Part shown: piece after piece, positions 25,689 to 37,637 of the stretch
Position numbering within the stretch: the first letter of the stretch is position 1
How the letters are laid out: each line of letters starts with the position of its first letter
NCBI GenBank assembly: GCA_964106645.2
Contig: OZ067043.1
Strand: one strand, 5' to 3'
Length of the DNA stretch: 64,000 nt
Origin: Podarcis pityusensis
Taxonomy: Eukaryota
Notes under the pieces: generated by a model
Told to the model about the DNA's origin: nothing
Seen by the model: the letters and a program-made list of their open reading frames with translations, nothing else
Databases searched by the model: none
Position numbers and translations under genes: made by a program

Positions 25689-26461
25689 CTGTTGGGATGG
25701 AAAGGAACAAACCTGACTGGTCCACCTAGTATGGAAACTGTCAAAAGTATCTACCTACATTGCTTGCTCTCTAAATCACCTCAATTGCACAATACAGCCT
25801 ACTCCGCTGTGCTATTTCTTGTCCACGTGTGCTCTTGGACATATAGCCCCTGGTATAGAATTCTTTCCTTTTAAGTATTCAGCTTGTTACCTCTTACTCT
25901 CACTTTTAAGAAATTAAAATATTCTCTTGGGAGTCTATTGGATTCCAACCCTCTCCCTACTCAAAAGTTAATTATTGTAGGCTTTTAACTCTCTTCCCTT
26001 TTTTCCCTTTTATACTACCTCCCTGTGATTTGGGCAGGAATTTGCTATACTTTCCTGCTTCACTTCATGCATATTAGGTGCTTTTATAAATAGCAACCAA
26101 TGGTGTAGAAGTGAGTTTACTATCATTTTTTTAAAAGCAAAGCCAGAGATGGAAAAGGGAGAAAACAGAGGTGGGGGTGGATGTGTAGGGTCAAAGAATC
26201 ACCTCGCTGGACCAGACCCAGCTCCATCTAGCCTTTCATTCAGTTCGCAGGAACAGCCAGTTAGTTAGATGCCTCTAGGTGCTTATAAACAATACATGAA
26301 GGCAATTGCCTTCTTTCACTGTTTGCTCCCAGGATTTATATACACTAGAATCAGTAAAGAGCTCTCTAATCTCAAAACTTCAGAAATTCAAAGTATGAAA
26401 GAGATGTTTCTTTCTGGAAAAGGTGCTTTAGAATTATACAATACAGGTCAATCATTCTTAC

Positions 26462-26495
26462 CTTTGGAAGAGATGCTGGGAGTGTTCAGACGTTG
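26462..26495 (-). CDS. CCDC163: CCDC163-like coding exon 2, 34-nt micro-exon (QRLNTPSISSK)
   Basis: Acceptor ttctgtttttgttccag|, donor AAG|gtaaga. Confidence 0.8.
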
Positions 26496-27039
26496 CTGGA
26501 ACAAAAACAGAAGATGGGACAGAAAGTTATAACACTGTTTTGAATAAACAGTGGAAAGATTAACACTTGAGTGTATGAATGCACATTGCTTCCACCGAGG
26601 GATGCTACATGAAATTTAAGTTAGAAAGTACTGCATAAACACTTGGAGAGGAACTGACAAGACAAAACATTCTCATTCATCATTATAGTGCCTTCAATGG
26701 ACAGGACAGTAAAATACACAGAGCAAGGTAAATCTGCACAATGTTTTAATGCCACATTTTCCAGGCAACGACAGCAACTGTCATTTGCTAACTTGGCCAA
26801 AGATCAAAGAAGCATTCCCATACCTTTATTTATAAGATTTCAAAGCTGCTTTTTAGCTGCCATACCCAAACTGGTGTACAAAATAGTCAATGTATCTTAA
26901 ATTCACAGGCTAAAAATAGCAAAACTACGATAGCAATACAAGCCCAGAACTAAACAGTTTAACAGCAAGAACCCAGGTAGTAAGGGTGATTTCTAAAAGC
27001 AGAACAAAATTAATAAAAACCCACAAAAATGGTTTTACC

Positions 27040-27468
27040 TGTATCCAGAATGTCATGGAACAGAGTCAAATTAACAGCTCTTAGAAGTTAGCTCCAAAGC
27101 TCAGAAAAACCCTGCAGATCCACATGGATCCTCAGGATTTTTGCATTGGGTCACCCCAAATTCACCATCAGATCACATAGCATGTCCATGGCTACAGCCT
27201 GCACCAAAAACACACACACATCCACTGTTTTGTGGGGCCGCAATGGCACAAAAACGTGGTTACAAAGCATGGATCCACATGGATTCTCAGGATTTTTGCA
27301 TTGGGCTACCCCAAACTCACCGTCAAAACACATGTCTGTGGCTACAGCATGAACCACAAAAATCATACATCCACTGTTTTGTTCAGAATATTTTTTTCTT
27401 GTTTTTCTCCTCTAAAAACTAGGTGCGGCTTATGGTCAGGTGCGGCTTATGGAGTGAAAAATACAGTA
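27040..27468. mobile_element. DNA transposon remnant with internal ~115-bp direct repeats
   Basis: GATCCACATGGAT..CAGGATTTTTGCATTGGG...CATCCACTGTTTTGT starts at about 27118 and again at about 27272. Ends with GGTGCGGCTTAT x2 and GAAAAATACAG|TA (mariner-like terminus). Left boundary uncertain. Confidence 0.6.
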
Positions 27469-27673
27469 ATAGCCACCTTTAACAATCAATAGCAAAACAC
27501 TCAGCAGATTTTATTAAAGACTAGTTCTTGGAAACTATCATCAACACATTTCCCCCTTGCAGAACACAACTTTGGTGTGATCAACTTTTAAATATTTAGC
27601 AGCATACACACCCCTTGTTCAATTACACTAGACACTTTTCTTCAACCAGTATGTTGCTCCAAACAAAACTTGC

Positions 27674-27739
27674 CTTAATTTTTGCCATGTTGCTGTCTGC
27701 TGCAGTCAAGAGAGAGCTGAGCTGTGTGTCCCAATCCAT
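27674..27739 (-). CDS. CCDC163: CCDC163-like coding exon 1 (MDWDTQLSSLLTAADSNMAKIK)
   Basis: ATG at 27739-27737 in good context (agcATGG), non-canonical donor AAG|gcaagt. Confidence 0.8.
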
Positions 27740-28149
27740 GCTGTTAGCAAAAAGATGTTTTAACAACTCACTGGTTGCCCAACTGTAACCCGGGAAGAGT
27801 CCTTGGCTAGAAAGAAATCCCAGCAGGAGAGAAGAGCGCCTGCAAAAGCAGCAGGAGACGGTTTATTTTTCTCCCGTGAGCAACGCTGAATCTCGTCATA
27901 GCAAAGGAGGGGTGGGGTGGGGAAGGTACAGACTTGGAAATGCAGACACTTTTGCAGAAAGACTGCCTAACAAGTTTCCTTCAAGTCACACACAAAAATG
28001 CCTCTTAAGGGAATGCAGCATCAGACACCCAACGTCTCTGGGACAGATTCACAAGCACCTTTTAACTACTGTGCCAACAGTTTAAAGAGCACAGCTCTAA
28101 AGCACAACGCTCTGGAGGCCCATAAACTCTTTCAACGATAGACCACGGC

Positions 28150-28960
28150 TCTCTAGGGGCAGAGATAACCAAGCAGTTCCTCAGCAGAGGGGAAATGGAA
28201 GCGGAGGCGCCCTCTTCCCACCCCCGTCCTTAGAGACTGCGGCCAAGAGCAGCCCCTCCTGGGAGGTCGCTTCCTGGTGTCCGGGATGTGTTCTGGAGCG
28301 CTGGGCGAGAGGGTCTCCCTCGGCCGGTCCCACAAGGGAGCGTGGAACACCCCGCCCGCCTCAACCCAGCCACGGCCGGTGGTGGCTCCAGTCTGGAGGG
28401 CTGGCTCAGGACCCACGTCAGCCTCCCCGCTCTGAGGACACCCAAGCCAGGCCCCACTCACTAGCGCTCCCGGCTGCCCCGACCAAACGGAGGCCAAGGG
28501 AATGGAGGGCCGGGGGCGAAAAGCCACGCCGGCCTTGCCTGGACCCGCAGCCAGACCCCCTCTCCGAAGGCAAAGGATTCGAACACGCACGTCCGAAACC
28601 GCTAAAAGCCCCGAGGCAGGTTCCGCCTTCCGCTCCGCCGCGGAGGTTTCTGGAGAGGAAAGTCCGTAAGGCCCAGCGGCTACTGTGAGGGGGGAAGTCA
28701 CCGGGACTGCATTTCCCGAAAGGCTCTTCGCGCCCCAAAGCGGGGGGTGTCGGAAAAAAGCGTCCCGGTTCCTTATTGGGAGAGGCGCGCGGCCCGCCGC
28801 TGCGGCAGCGAAACGCGCTGCCAGCGGGAGGGAGGGAGGACTCGGCTCTCGTGTCCGGCGCGTGGTGTGGGTCCGCCTTACCTCATGGGAAACTACATTT
28901 CCCACAGTACTCCGCGCTCATGCTATGATGGAGCTACGCGTGGTTGAGCTGGAGAAAAGG
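28150..28960. promoter_or_regulatory. CpG island / bidirectional promoter of CCDC163-like and MMACHC
   Basis: GC- and CpG-rich stretch between divergent ATGs (27739 minus, 28925 plus). Inverted CCAAT (ATTGG 28775-28779) and ETS-like CGGAA/TTCCG cores. Confidence 0.85.
28892..28904 (+). promoter_or_regulatory. ZNF143/THAP11(-HCFC1)-type motif ACTACATTTCCCA
   Basis: Matches the ACTACAnnTCCCA consensus, about 20 nt upstream of the MMACHC ATG. Confidence 0.75.
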
Positions 28961-29008
28961 ATCCGAGATCACTTGGAGAAGCTGGGCTTTGAAATCCACC
29001 CGCTTAAG
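28925..29008 (+). CDS. MMACHC: MMACHC exon 1 ((M)MELRVVELEKRIRDHLEKLGFEIHPLK)
   Basis: Tandem ATGs at 28925 and 28928, donor AAG|gtactg. Confidence 0.92.
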
Positions 29009-30304
29009 GTACTGCAGGAGGGGTGCAGAGTTGGGGGAAGCGAGGAGGGGAAAATAATCGGTTTCTTAATTGCATGTGCTTCTTCAGAGATATGGCTGGC
29101 ATGCTGGTAGGGCAGAGCGGCGTTGCATAAGTGTTAACACTGACCCCTGCGGACCCAGAAGGAATATAGGTGCTATGCTGTAGCTCCACACGGATTCATG
29201 TGGTTCATCGTGCCTACTTTGGTTCGTGATTCTGCCATTCTGGTCATATTGCTCCGCTGTTGCATTGTAGTTGCTGCTCCTTGTATAGTATCAATTTCTC
29301 GTGTGTGGCTGCTACCATTTTTTGGTGCCATTTGACGTTCTGCTGTTTAAATATGCATTTTTTAATAATGCGTGGAATGTTCTTAAAATAAATATGTGGG
29401 ATGCAATTTTCATTTTTATTGCATAATCTGTTATTTTTGCAACATGGACATCTGAAAGGCTACAAGTAAGCTTGTTAGTGTTGTTTGTGAGCAAACATTA
29501 TAGGCTGCAAACCATTAACAATCTCAGACATCAGGCGCCATCTGATATACTAGCAGATCTTTTTATGAAAAAAAACCCTGTTTCTCTGGTTATGTGCCAA
29601 ATCATTTTTTTACCCATTGTTTCCAGAAGTGTTCCATTTCTTTTACTGCCCTGTGGGTTGCATTCCAGGATACCATTTTATATTTACCCATAAGTTTAAA
29701 GAATAATTGTATTTCTGAAATCCAGGTATGTAATATATCAGAGTAGATACAAATGAGATTAGATACAGAGAAGGAATAAAGCACAATAATGTAGAAAGTG
29801 GGGTATAGCTGGGAATGTGGCCAACAGTAGCTGGTTATAAAGATGAATGTCAAGTTCTGTTGTCTAGGAAGTTAAAGATTAACATTGAATAGATTCAACT
29901 AGTGTGAAGTTGAGGCATGTCCTACCTGTGAGTTAAATATTAATCAGGGTAAAGGAAGAAGAAGAAAGCAATTTTCTCTTTTAGGCCCATCAAATCCTGA
30001 CATTCCTGCAAAAATGTATTCCTGGTTTTCTGTGGTTTAACTATACACAGTTGCAGCTGTCCTCAAGCATAACTCTTGCATGAGACAGAGAAGTCACATG
30101 ACTGAAATGAGTACATTGTGATTTGCCAAAGAGGCAATCAGTGCTAGAGGCTATAAAACAAATCTCCAATAAGGCCTAGAGGCTCTAGAGAAGAAATTAA
30201 ATCCATCAGTATGACAGTGTGTTCTCATAGGAGGTGCAAATGCTAATAAACTCACTGGACAGCACAGTGTGATGGGAAACAGGAGATGCAGGTTCAAGAC
30301 CTGC

Positions 30305-30845
30305 CAGGGCACTGATCCTCATAAGGCTTGGTTTCCAGACCCTTGATCTTCTGGATCTCTCTTCTCTTGATCTGGAAACTATAATCCTGTTGATGCAGCC
30401 TAGAACAGCATTAGCTTTTTTTTGCTGTTGCATCACACTGTTGACTGATGTTAAGCTTGTGGTCTACTAAGACCCCTAGATCCTTTTCACATGTATGGCT
30501 TACTAGTCTGGTATCCCCCATTATATATTTGTGCGGCTGGTTCTTCCTGCCTAAGTGTAGAGCCTTACATTTGTCCCTATTGCAATTCACTTTGTTAGTT
30601 TTGTCCCAGTTCTGTTAAGGTCATCTTGAATTCTGATTCTGTCTTCTGTGGCATTGGCTATCCCTCCCGGTTTGGTGTTATCTGCAAATTTGATAAGCAT
30701 CCCCTCAATTCCTTCATCCAAGTTGTTTATAAAGATGTTGAATGACAATGGGCCCAGGACAGAACCCTGCAGCACTTCACTTTTATCCAAGATGATGAGG
30801 AACCATGAATGGGCTGTCTTTGAGTTCAGTTAGTCAACCAGCTAC
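30305..30845 (-). mobile_element. Degenerate CR1 LINE reverse-transcriptase fragment
   Basis: ORF 30587..30790 gives QGSVLGPLSFNIFINNLDEGIEGMLIKFADNTKPGG (RT PQGSVLGP / FADD motifs). ORF 30206..30436 gives KKANAVLGCINRIIVSRSRE. Confidence 0.9.
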
Positions 30846-31224
30846 ACCATCAACTATTGGAAGCGACCCTAGCTGAGTGAAAGGTGAAAAATGCTTAGGG
30901 AGAGGGACTGTAGAGAAAGGTCTATGACAGATGTAGGACGGACTCGGGGCCACCCATACTTTGGGTGTTGACATCGTTCTTTAGACATAATCAGAGCAGG
31001 TTTATGGTGAAATGCACTTGGAGGCAGTAATGCTTCTGAATATCTGTTGCTGGAAACCACAGGAGGGGAGAGTGCTATTGTGCTTGAATCCTGCTTGCTG
31101 GCTTCCCACAAGCATCTGGTTGGCCTCTATGAGAACAGGATGTTGGACTAAATGGGCAATTGACTTGATCCTGTAGGCTCTTATGCATAAAATTGCCACC
31201 TGAACAGTTAGTTTTTGCTGGTGT

Positions 31225-32210
31225 TATTAAATTTATTACCCACCCTTCACCAGCAGGTCCCAGGGTGGGTTGCAATTATTTAAAATTAAACATTAAAAAT
31301 ACTGAAAACAGATTACAACCACAAGAATAAGGTGGCTTCTTAAACCTATATCTCAAGTGTCAAAGACCAAGATCAAGAGTTGTGTTGATCCCTCAGTTCT
31401 AAGTATTTGTTTGTTTATTTTTCAGCAACATTTATATGCTGCTTGCAGTAAAACCTCTAAACAGCTTAAGCAGTTTACAAGAAATGTTAACATTATCAAT
31501 AAAAACAGTTAAATATAATTAATACTAACAGTAAAAAGATTAAACGCATCAATACCTACCTATCTGGATAGGCTTGCCTAAAGAAAAATGCTTTAAGTGG
31601 ATCCCAAAAAGAGTACAGTGAAGATGCCTGCCCGGAAAAGGTCAAGTGGGGTAAAATGATTCCGCAAATAAACCAGTCTCCAGCTGTTAAGGACTTTATA
31701 TACCAATAGTAACACCTTGAACCTGGCCTAGTAACAAATTGGCAATCAGTGCAAATCTCTGGGCTGCAGTGTTTTATGCTGACAGCACCTCCCTCTTGTG
31801 AGCAACCATGCTGCAGCATTCTACACCAACTGGAGTTTCTGGGTCATGCACAAGGGAAGCCCCACATAGCATGCATTGCAGTAATCTAAGCTTGAAGTCA
31901 CCAGTACCTGATCTACCATGGTCAAGCTCTCGCAGTAGAGAAATGGTCATAGCTGTTGAACCAGGTACAGTTAATTAAAGGCACTTCATGTCACTCAGGC
32001 TACCTGGGCCTTCAGTGACAAAGCTGGATTCAGAAGCACACCCCGCCCTCCAGCCTGTGTACCTGCTCCTTCAGAAGGGAGTGCAACCCTGTCCAAGCCT
32101 GGCAAATGACCAATTTGTCAGACCCGGGAACAACTTCCTCACAGTGCCTCCCATCTCGCCAGGATTCAAGCTCAACTTATTTTTCTCATCCATCCCACCA
32201 CTGCATCTAG
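31225..32210 (-). mobile_element. Old L2-like LINE fragments
   Basis: 3' tail-like TTTATTACCCACCCTTCACC...CCCAGGGTGGGTTGCAA and an eroded ORF2 region (GCATTGCAGTAATCTAAG = LDYCN motif on the minus strand). Confidence 0.55.
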
Positions 32211-33056
32211 CCAACTACAAGCTCCATCATTCATTTTGCTCTTACTTATTTCCAGGTAGTACTTCCAAAACCCTTTTTGTGGTCTCCTGCTGCTCATGAC
32301 CCCTGCTGCTTGTTCTGCCTTCTAGTTGCTGATCTTTGGGCATGAATCACATGGTTAAACTGCAGGCCCTAGGCTTCTTGTTTGCTGCTGCTCACAACCC
32401 TTGTGACATCATAAGGAGCAGTGATGCTGTGTGATTTTAGCCTATGTCAGAGGTTGGACTGTGAACTCTAAATTAATTGAGCTCAGTTATTGCAGTCTTA
32501 ATTTCTCTACAGCAATTTGATGGATGGTAGAAATCAGAATTTAGCTGACGTCTCCACTTTATTTTATAATAATTATATCTTATTGGTTTTTTAAGTAACA
32601 ATTTCCCATTGGTATCTCATGACATCATATCACATTAGGTTCCAGGCAGGTAAAGCTGCAGTGCCAAATTGAAAAGGAAAAATTAGAAGGACACTCTAAA
32701 GTGTGCTCATAATTCTTCCTCTGCAACCACGGATTTAAGGTTGAATTACCTGCTTCTTGCATCCCCCCGCCTTTGGAAAAGCAACAGCAAGTTCTCAATC
32801 CTTTGAAAATCTGAAACCTTGAGAAACGCAGTGAAGCACAATTATGCAACTATTTGTACGGTAATTTGTGTTGCTTTCTATGTGGTGGTGTTGAGTTTCC
32901 TTGAAAGACTCACAGAGTTCCAGGTAGGGAGGTAAAGACATGTGAAGATTGATTTGCTTCTAAAAGCTGTATCTTAAAACCTACATTGCTCAGAGTGTAC
33001 TCCCATCCGTTTCCAGAATCCAGGCTAACTGTAATTATATTTTCTCTGTTCTGAAG

Positions 33057-33251
33057 GTAGGGTGGTACAATGCGGTCCTTTCTCCAGCTTTTCAGTTGCC
33101 CTACTTGGATGACACTCTGGCATTTGTGGTGCTCAGCACTCCTGCTATGTTTGACAAAGCCTTCAAACCTTTCTTGAGGAATGGGCCACTGAAAAAGATT
33201 CGTGACCCTGTGGACCAGTGCATTTCTCATCACCTCACATTGCTTAGGGAG
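33057..33251 (+). CDS. MMACHC: MMACHC exon 2 (VGWYNAVLSP...HHLTLLRE)
   Basis: Acceptor tctgttctgaag|, donor GAG|gtaaga, 195 nt. Confidence 0.95.
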
Positions 33252-34271
33252 GTAAGAGATTTTGATGCATACAGACAAGTCATGGAGAGAGTAGCTATAT
33301 ACGCTTTCCTAAAGTCAGCCCCATTGAACTCATTGGGGCTTACTTCTAAGGAGGCATGTCTAGAAATGTAATGCCAGTTCCCTATACCTTGGGAAAAGAC
33401 AAAATATTTGGGTGGTCATCCTTGTTCCTTTTTAACCAAACAAGAAATAGAGTATAATCCATATTGTGTTTTGGGGATGGAGTTACTGCTTATATTTTTA
33501 ACTGGGATTGGGAGACACAGGGGCTAAAGGCTGTTCTACACATTACACTGAAAGAGATGGTAGACTTTTGTACAGTACCTTTATAGATTGCATATTTAAC
33601 GCTGCACTGTATAAAAAATGAAACAACAAACCAAAGCCCTGTATTCTGGGAGCTTTCTACTTACACAAGCATTCCGAAACTTGACACACCCACCCTCCTG
33701 CAATCTGAAGCAATTCAATCCAGAATTCTACTGTTGCCACCTCCTTCTGTGTGATGTGTAGAATGGTTTTTGGTAACCAATATTGTAAATAACTTGCAAA
33801 ATAAGTGTCAGTCCTAGCAAGTATTGTTTGGAAAAATTGTTTTGTGGGTAAAGGGGTCACTGAGAACTTGCTTTATTATACTGCAATAATCCAACCTCAC
33901 ACTGATCTAACTGAGCTAAACTTTCCATGGGATTTTGATTTTTTTCAAAATAAGCAAGCAGTAAATGATGTACTGTTGTTACGATGGTGGCTTTGTGTCA
34001 TGTGACATGGTTTCCCTTTGTATGGCTTCAGTTTCCTGTCTGCAGAATAAAAATGCTGAGTGGTGACATTGCAGGGGCATTATAAGGAGGCAAGTGTGCA
34101 AACACAATGCCATTCATTGTGAGAACGTCCTTGCACCTGGGCTAGGAAACACTGTTGAGTAGTGGCATGGCTATGCACAAAGCCAGCAATGGCTTCTGTG
34201 TCTCTAGCATGGGACGATCTAGCTTTGTTTTCTCCATTTCACCTCCCCTGCAGTCACCCAACTTCACTATA

Positions 34272-34523
34272 CAGTGGTACCTTGTGTTACGGATGGGGTC
34301 CGTTCCGAAGGCCTGTCCATAACATGAAAAGCCTGCAACTCAAAGCACTGTGTCTGTGCAGGCACGCGGCGCGATTTGGTCTTCTGCGCATGCACAATTT
34401 AGCGCTTCTGCACATGCGTGAGCGGCGAAACCTGGAAGTAACCCATTCCGGTACTTCTGGGTTGCCACAGGACGCAAGATGAAAACATGCAACCTGAAGT
34501 AGATGTAACATGAGGTATGACTG
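34272..34523. mobile_element. Tc1/mariner-type MITE, subfamily C
   Basis: TA|CAGTGGTACCTTGTGTTAC ... GTAACATGAGGTATGACTG|TA. Confidence 0.85.
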
Positions 34524-35053
34524 TATTTGAATAAATGTTGTAAAGGCTTGAAGGTCATTCAGAGTGGTTTTTCTTGTTCTGCCACTTTGAATATTAATTC
34601 AACTCTTTATCAGCAATTTCATTTTATGTATGGAGACTTTTAAAAAGAAGCCATTGTGACAAGCCCAGGGAACTGGAAGAATTTGCATTTGGGTTAAGAG
34701 CTGTTTGTAGACTACATTGGCGGTCATGCTTCACCTGTGAGAAGATTTGTGAACTCCTTAATGGAACTGGGTGGAATAATTCTGGAAATCCTGAGAAAGA
34801 ATTCCCAATATAGGACAGATTTTCTAAGGCAGGTCAGCAAAGTGACACATGCCTCAGAGTTTCATAATACACGAGGCTGTAGCTCCTTTATCAAGAGGTC
34901 GCATTTCTCATTCGACAAGACTAGAGGCCCAGCTTGGAGCAGGGGACAGAGTGAGGCTGGGGAATGTAGACTGACTTGCTACATCATCCCATATTACCTG
35001 TAGCCAATCATCTTCAAATGTGAGTTTGATCTAATAAAAATTCCTCTTTCCAG

Positions 35054-35206
35054 AGTCTTGCTGACCAGCAGGTAGACATCATGTATGACTATGAGTTGCT
35101 GCCCAACCGGAAGCCCAAGTTCCTGGCCCAGACAGCTGCACATATAGCTGGTGCTGCTTACTACTACCAGAGGAAAGATGTGCAACAAGATCCCTGGGGA
35201 GAGAAG
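35054..35206 (+). CDS. MMACHC: MMACHC exon 3 ([30 protein letters not shown]...PWGEK)
   Basis: Acceptor ttcctctttccag|, donor AAG|gtgaga, 153 nt. Confidence 0.96.
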
Positions 35207-36339
35207 GTGAGATTTAAATTGGAGCAGGAGAAGCAGCAGAAGGGTGCTTGTTTCTTGGAGAGCCATTGATAAACTGTGACTTTCTTCTGTTTCAGAAGAT
35301 TTAGTGTGTTTTCTAAATGTTTTATTGGGTTACTTCTTTCTCTCTGTCTGTGATGTACAATGATCAGGAACGCACCCTCTCCTTGCATTGACCCAATACA
35401 GATCCATATTTTCCATCAAGAAAATGCACATTCTTCTCTTAGATAAATTATGAAATTAAGGGGTTTGTTTTACTTTATTATAGTGTTCATATTATTTTTT
35501 TCATTATACTTTGTCAAGGACTTGGATGGCAGAAGACATAAGAATAGTCTTCTCTAGCATTGGTTGAAGCTACAGGAAGGCAGCCATTAGTGTGTCATGT
35601 TTTGCTTGCTAAGGTTTGAGATTTCAGCAAATGTTTCCTTCACGGTTTGAAAACATTCCCCCACATGTTTAAGCTTCATAGCTGCATTTTTTAAAAGTTG
35701 CTTTTAAAAGTAATTTTAGGTAGGCTGCTCAATGTTAGCTATTTTCAGAGTAGATCCACTGAAATGAACGTGCTGGTACATTACTAATTAATTTCAGGGT
35801 GGCCTACTTTGAGTAGTAAATTATTCCCTGGCATTTCAGTGACAGTGTCAGTTGTCTGCAATAATTAGTGAGATGCCCTAAAGGAGGGCTGAGGAACCTG
35901 TGACCCTTCAGATATTGCCAGTCTGCAACCAGTAATCCCTGCCCATTGGCTGTGATGGCTCAGGCTGGCCAGAATTGAAGTTGAACAACATCTGGAGGGC
36001 CACAAGTTTTCCATCCTAAAGGATTTCCTACCAAGGATACTTTCCACTTTCTAATATTATAAAGCACCGTAGCAAAACATTTTGGAAGGGCTGTAGTTTG
36101 ATGGTAAAGTACATGCTTTTTGTACAGAAAGTAAACAAAACAGTTCATTCAGTGGGCTGCCTTCCAAGTAAACATGCGTAGGGTTGGGCAGCCTGTAAGT
36201 TAACAAGTCACTCTTTGTTTACTTATCTAACTGGCTATGCAATCAGGTGCCTAGAATGGAAACTAAGGCTGAAATCTTATGAGCTCAATGGGACTTCTGA
36301 GTAGACATGTACTGTATGGGATTGCACTTAGATGCTTTG

Positions 36340-36341
<2 letters not shown>

Positions 36342-36377
<36 letters not shown>

Positions 36378-36458
36378 GATGGCCATCTGTCATAGATGCT
36401 TTAGTTGAACGAGATGACCCTCAGGGCCCCTTCCAACTGTACAGTTCTATGATTCTAT
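36342..36458. repeat. (CA)n microsatellite followed by a CR1 3' end
   Basis: (AC)n at 36342-36373, then GGATGGCCATCTGTC...CCCTTCCAACTGTACAGTTCTATGATTCTATGA. Confidence 0.85.
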
Positions 36459-36537
36459 GAAGATAGTATGTTGGTTGTGATGTTTTCACCTCTGGCTTAC
36501 TCTTTTTGACATTATTTCAAAAACCTGCAAACCCCAT

Positions 36538-37105
36538 TGGATGTTGTTGGCATCCATCTATCTTGAGAAACAATGTAGTGCGCCTCTGGGGTTGAAGTCA
36601 AACTGCTGCATTAGCAGCACCAAAGTGACTTCCCTGGGGCACAAGCCTGGGCAGTGTATATGGAGGTCCCGGGCTGCCCAGACAACAAGACCCCCCTCTC
36701 AGTCCTGTTCATGTTGTCCAAAAGAAAGCAGAGCAATACATTTGGCATCAGCTTGGCTGCAGGAGTTGCCAGAAGCTCCTTGGAGACCCAACTCTGGATT
36801 TGTGTAGGGTTTACTCTTTAGCCTTTTCTTCTCCAGAAGGTATCCTACAAGGCAGCAGAGGTTTAGGACCAGAGTTTTCTTTCTCCTAGATGAACTACCT
36901 TTTCAGGTTGACAAGGCCCTCACTTCCTTCTACAGTACATGCAGAAACTGCCTTCTTGACCATTGGCCCCACTATTGGTCTCATCCACTCAATCTACTGG
37001 AGCCTGTCTTTGCATGCAAGGGAAGTCCCTAACTCACCAAGGTTTTGAGTCCTACCAGCTACCCTCACCTGGTTTAGCCAGCCAGTCGAAGCCATTTTCC
37101 AGGGT
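36538..37105 (-). mobile_element. RTE-type LINE/SINE-derived fragment
   Basis: Resembles squamate RTE-associated repeats (GGGCACAAGCCTGGGCAGTGTATATGGAGG, CTACCCTCACCTGGTTTAGCC). Family assignment from memory. Confidence 0.5.
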
Positions 37106-37637
37106 GCAGGAAAAATGTGTCTGTGCACCATGAGAATATCTGTTTCTCTCAAATCACTTCAAATTCCCTTCTAAACTATCTCCAGCCTACCTGAAGGTTG
37201 TGCTTCCATGATCACAAGAGCCTGAGGTGTAGCAGGAATGGAACCAGCCCAATTCCTATTAAGTGATGGCAACATCTCTCCCCCCCCCCCCCCATTAATT
37301 TATTTGCTTCTCTGTTACACATTCTCCACTAATACATAAACTACATACATAATACGTAATACCAACTACATAAACTCATACAGTCCAAACAAAACAAATA
37401 CATCCTTTCATGTACTTCCCTTCCACTTCTTCCATGTTTCTTATCTCTTTATCTCTTGCCATATAACTTACACTGCTGAACTACTCACATCCTGCTAGGT
37501 GCCAACCTTACACCTTGAAGAGAAGCTTTCTTAAATCTTTTGGTTATATTTGTCTATTACAATATCTTTCCTTTTTCCCTGTGAGATGTAAAGATTGGCA
37601 GGCCTTTTAATTCATTCAGTCTTTTTTCTTTCTCCAG

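Larger units (their letters stand above)
17332..27739 (-). other. CCDC163: Gene span: CCDC163-like coiled-coil protein (377 aa, 11 coding exons)
   Basis: complement(join) of exons 27674-27739, 26462-26495, 25528-25688, 24966-25047, 24005-24185, 23402-23469, 23180-23256, 21670-21770, 19568-19662, 18634-18765, 17332-17468 = 1134 nt with all phases compatible. N-terminus MDWDTQLSSLLTAADSNMAKIKQRL and LWQEYKCIKREMEHLKHKL resemble human CCDC163 as recalled. Head-to-head with MMACHC, as in human. Confidence 0.8.

Noticed and set aside
28153-28905. 250-aa minus-strand ORF and neighbours in the MMACHC CpG island
   Set aside because: GC-rich promoter sequence with no recognisable domain. The CCDC163-like CDS begins at 27739.
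28685-28924. In-frame N-terminal extension of MMACHC from a GTG
   Set aside because: Non-ATG start in promoter sequence. Homology begins at the ATGs at 28925/28928.
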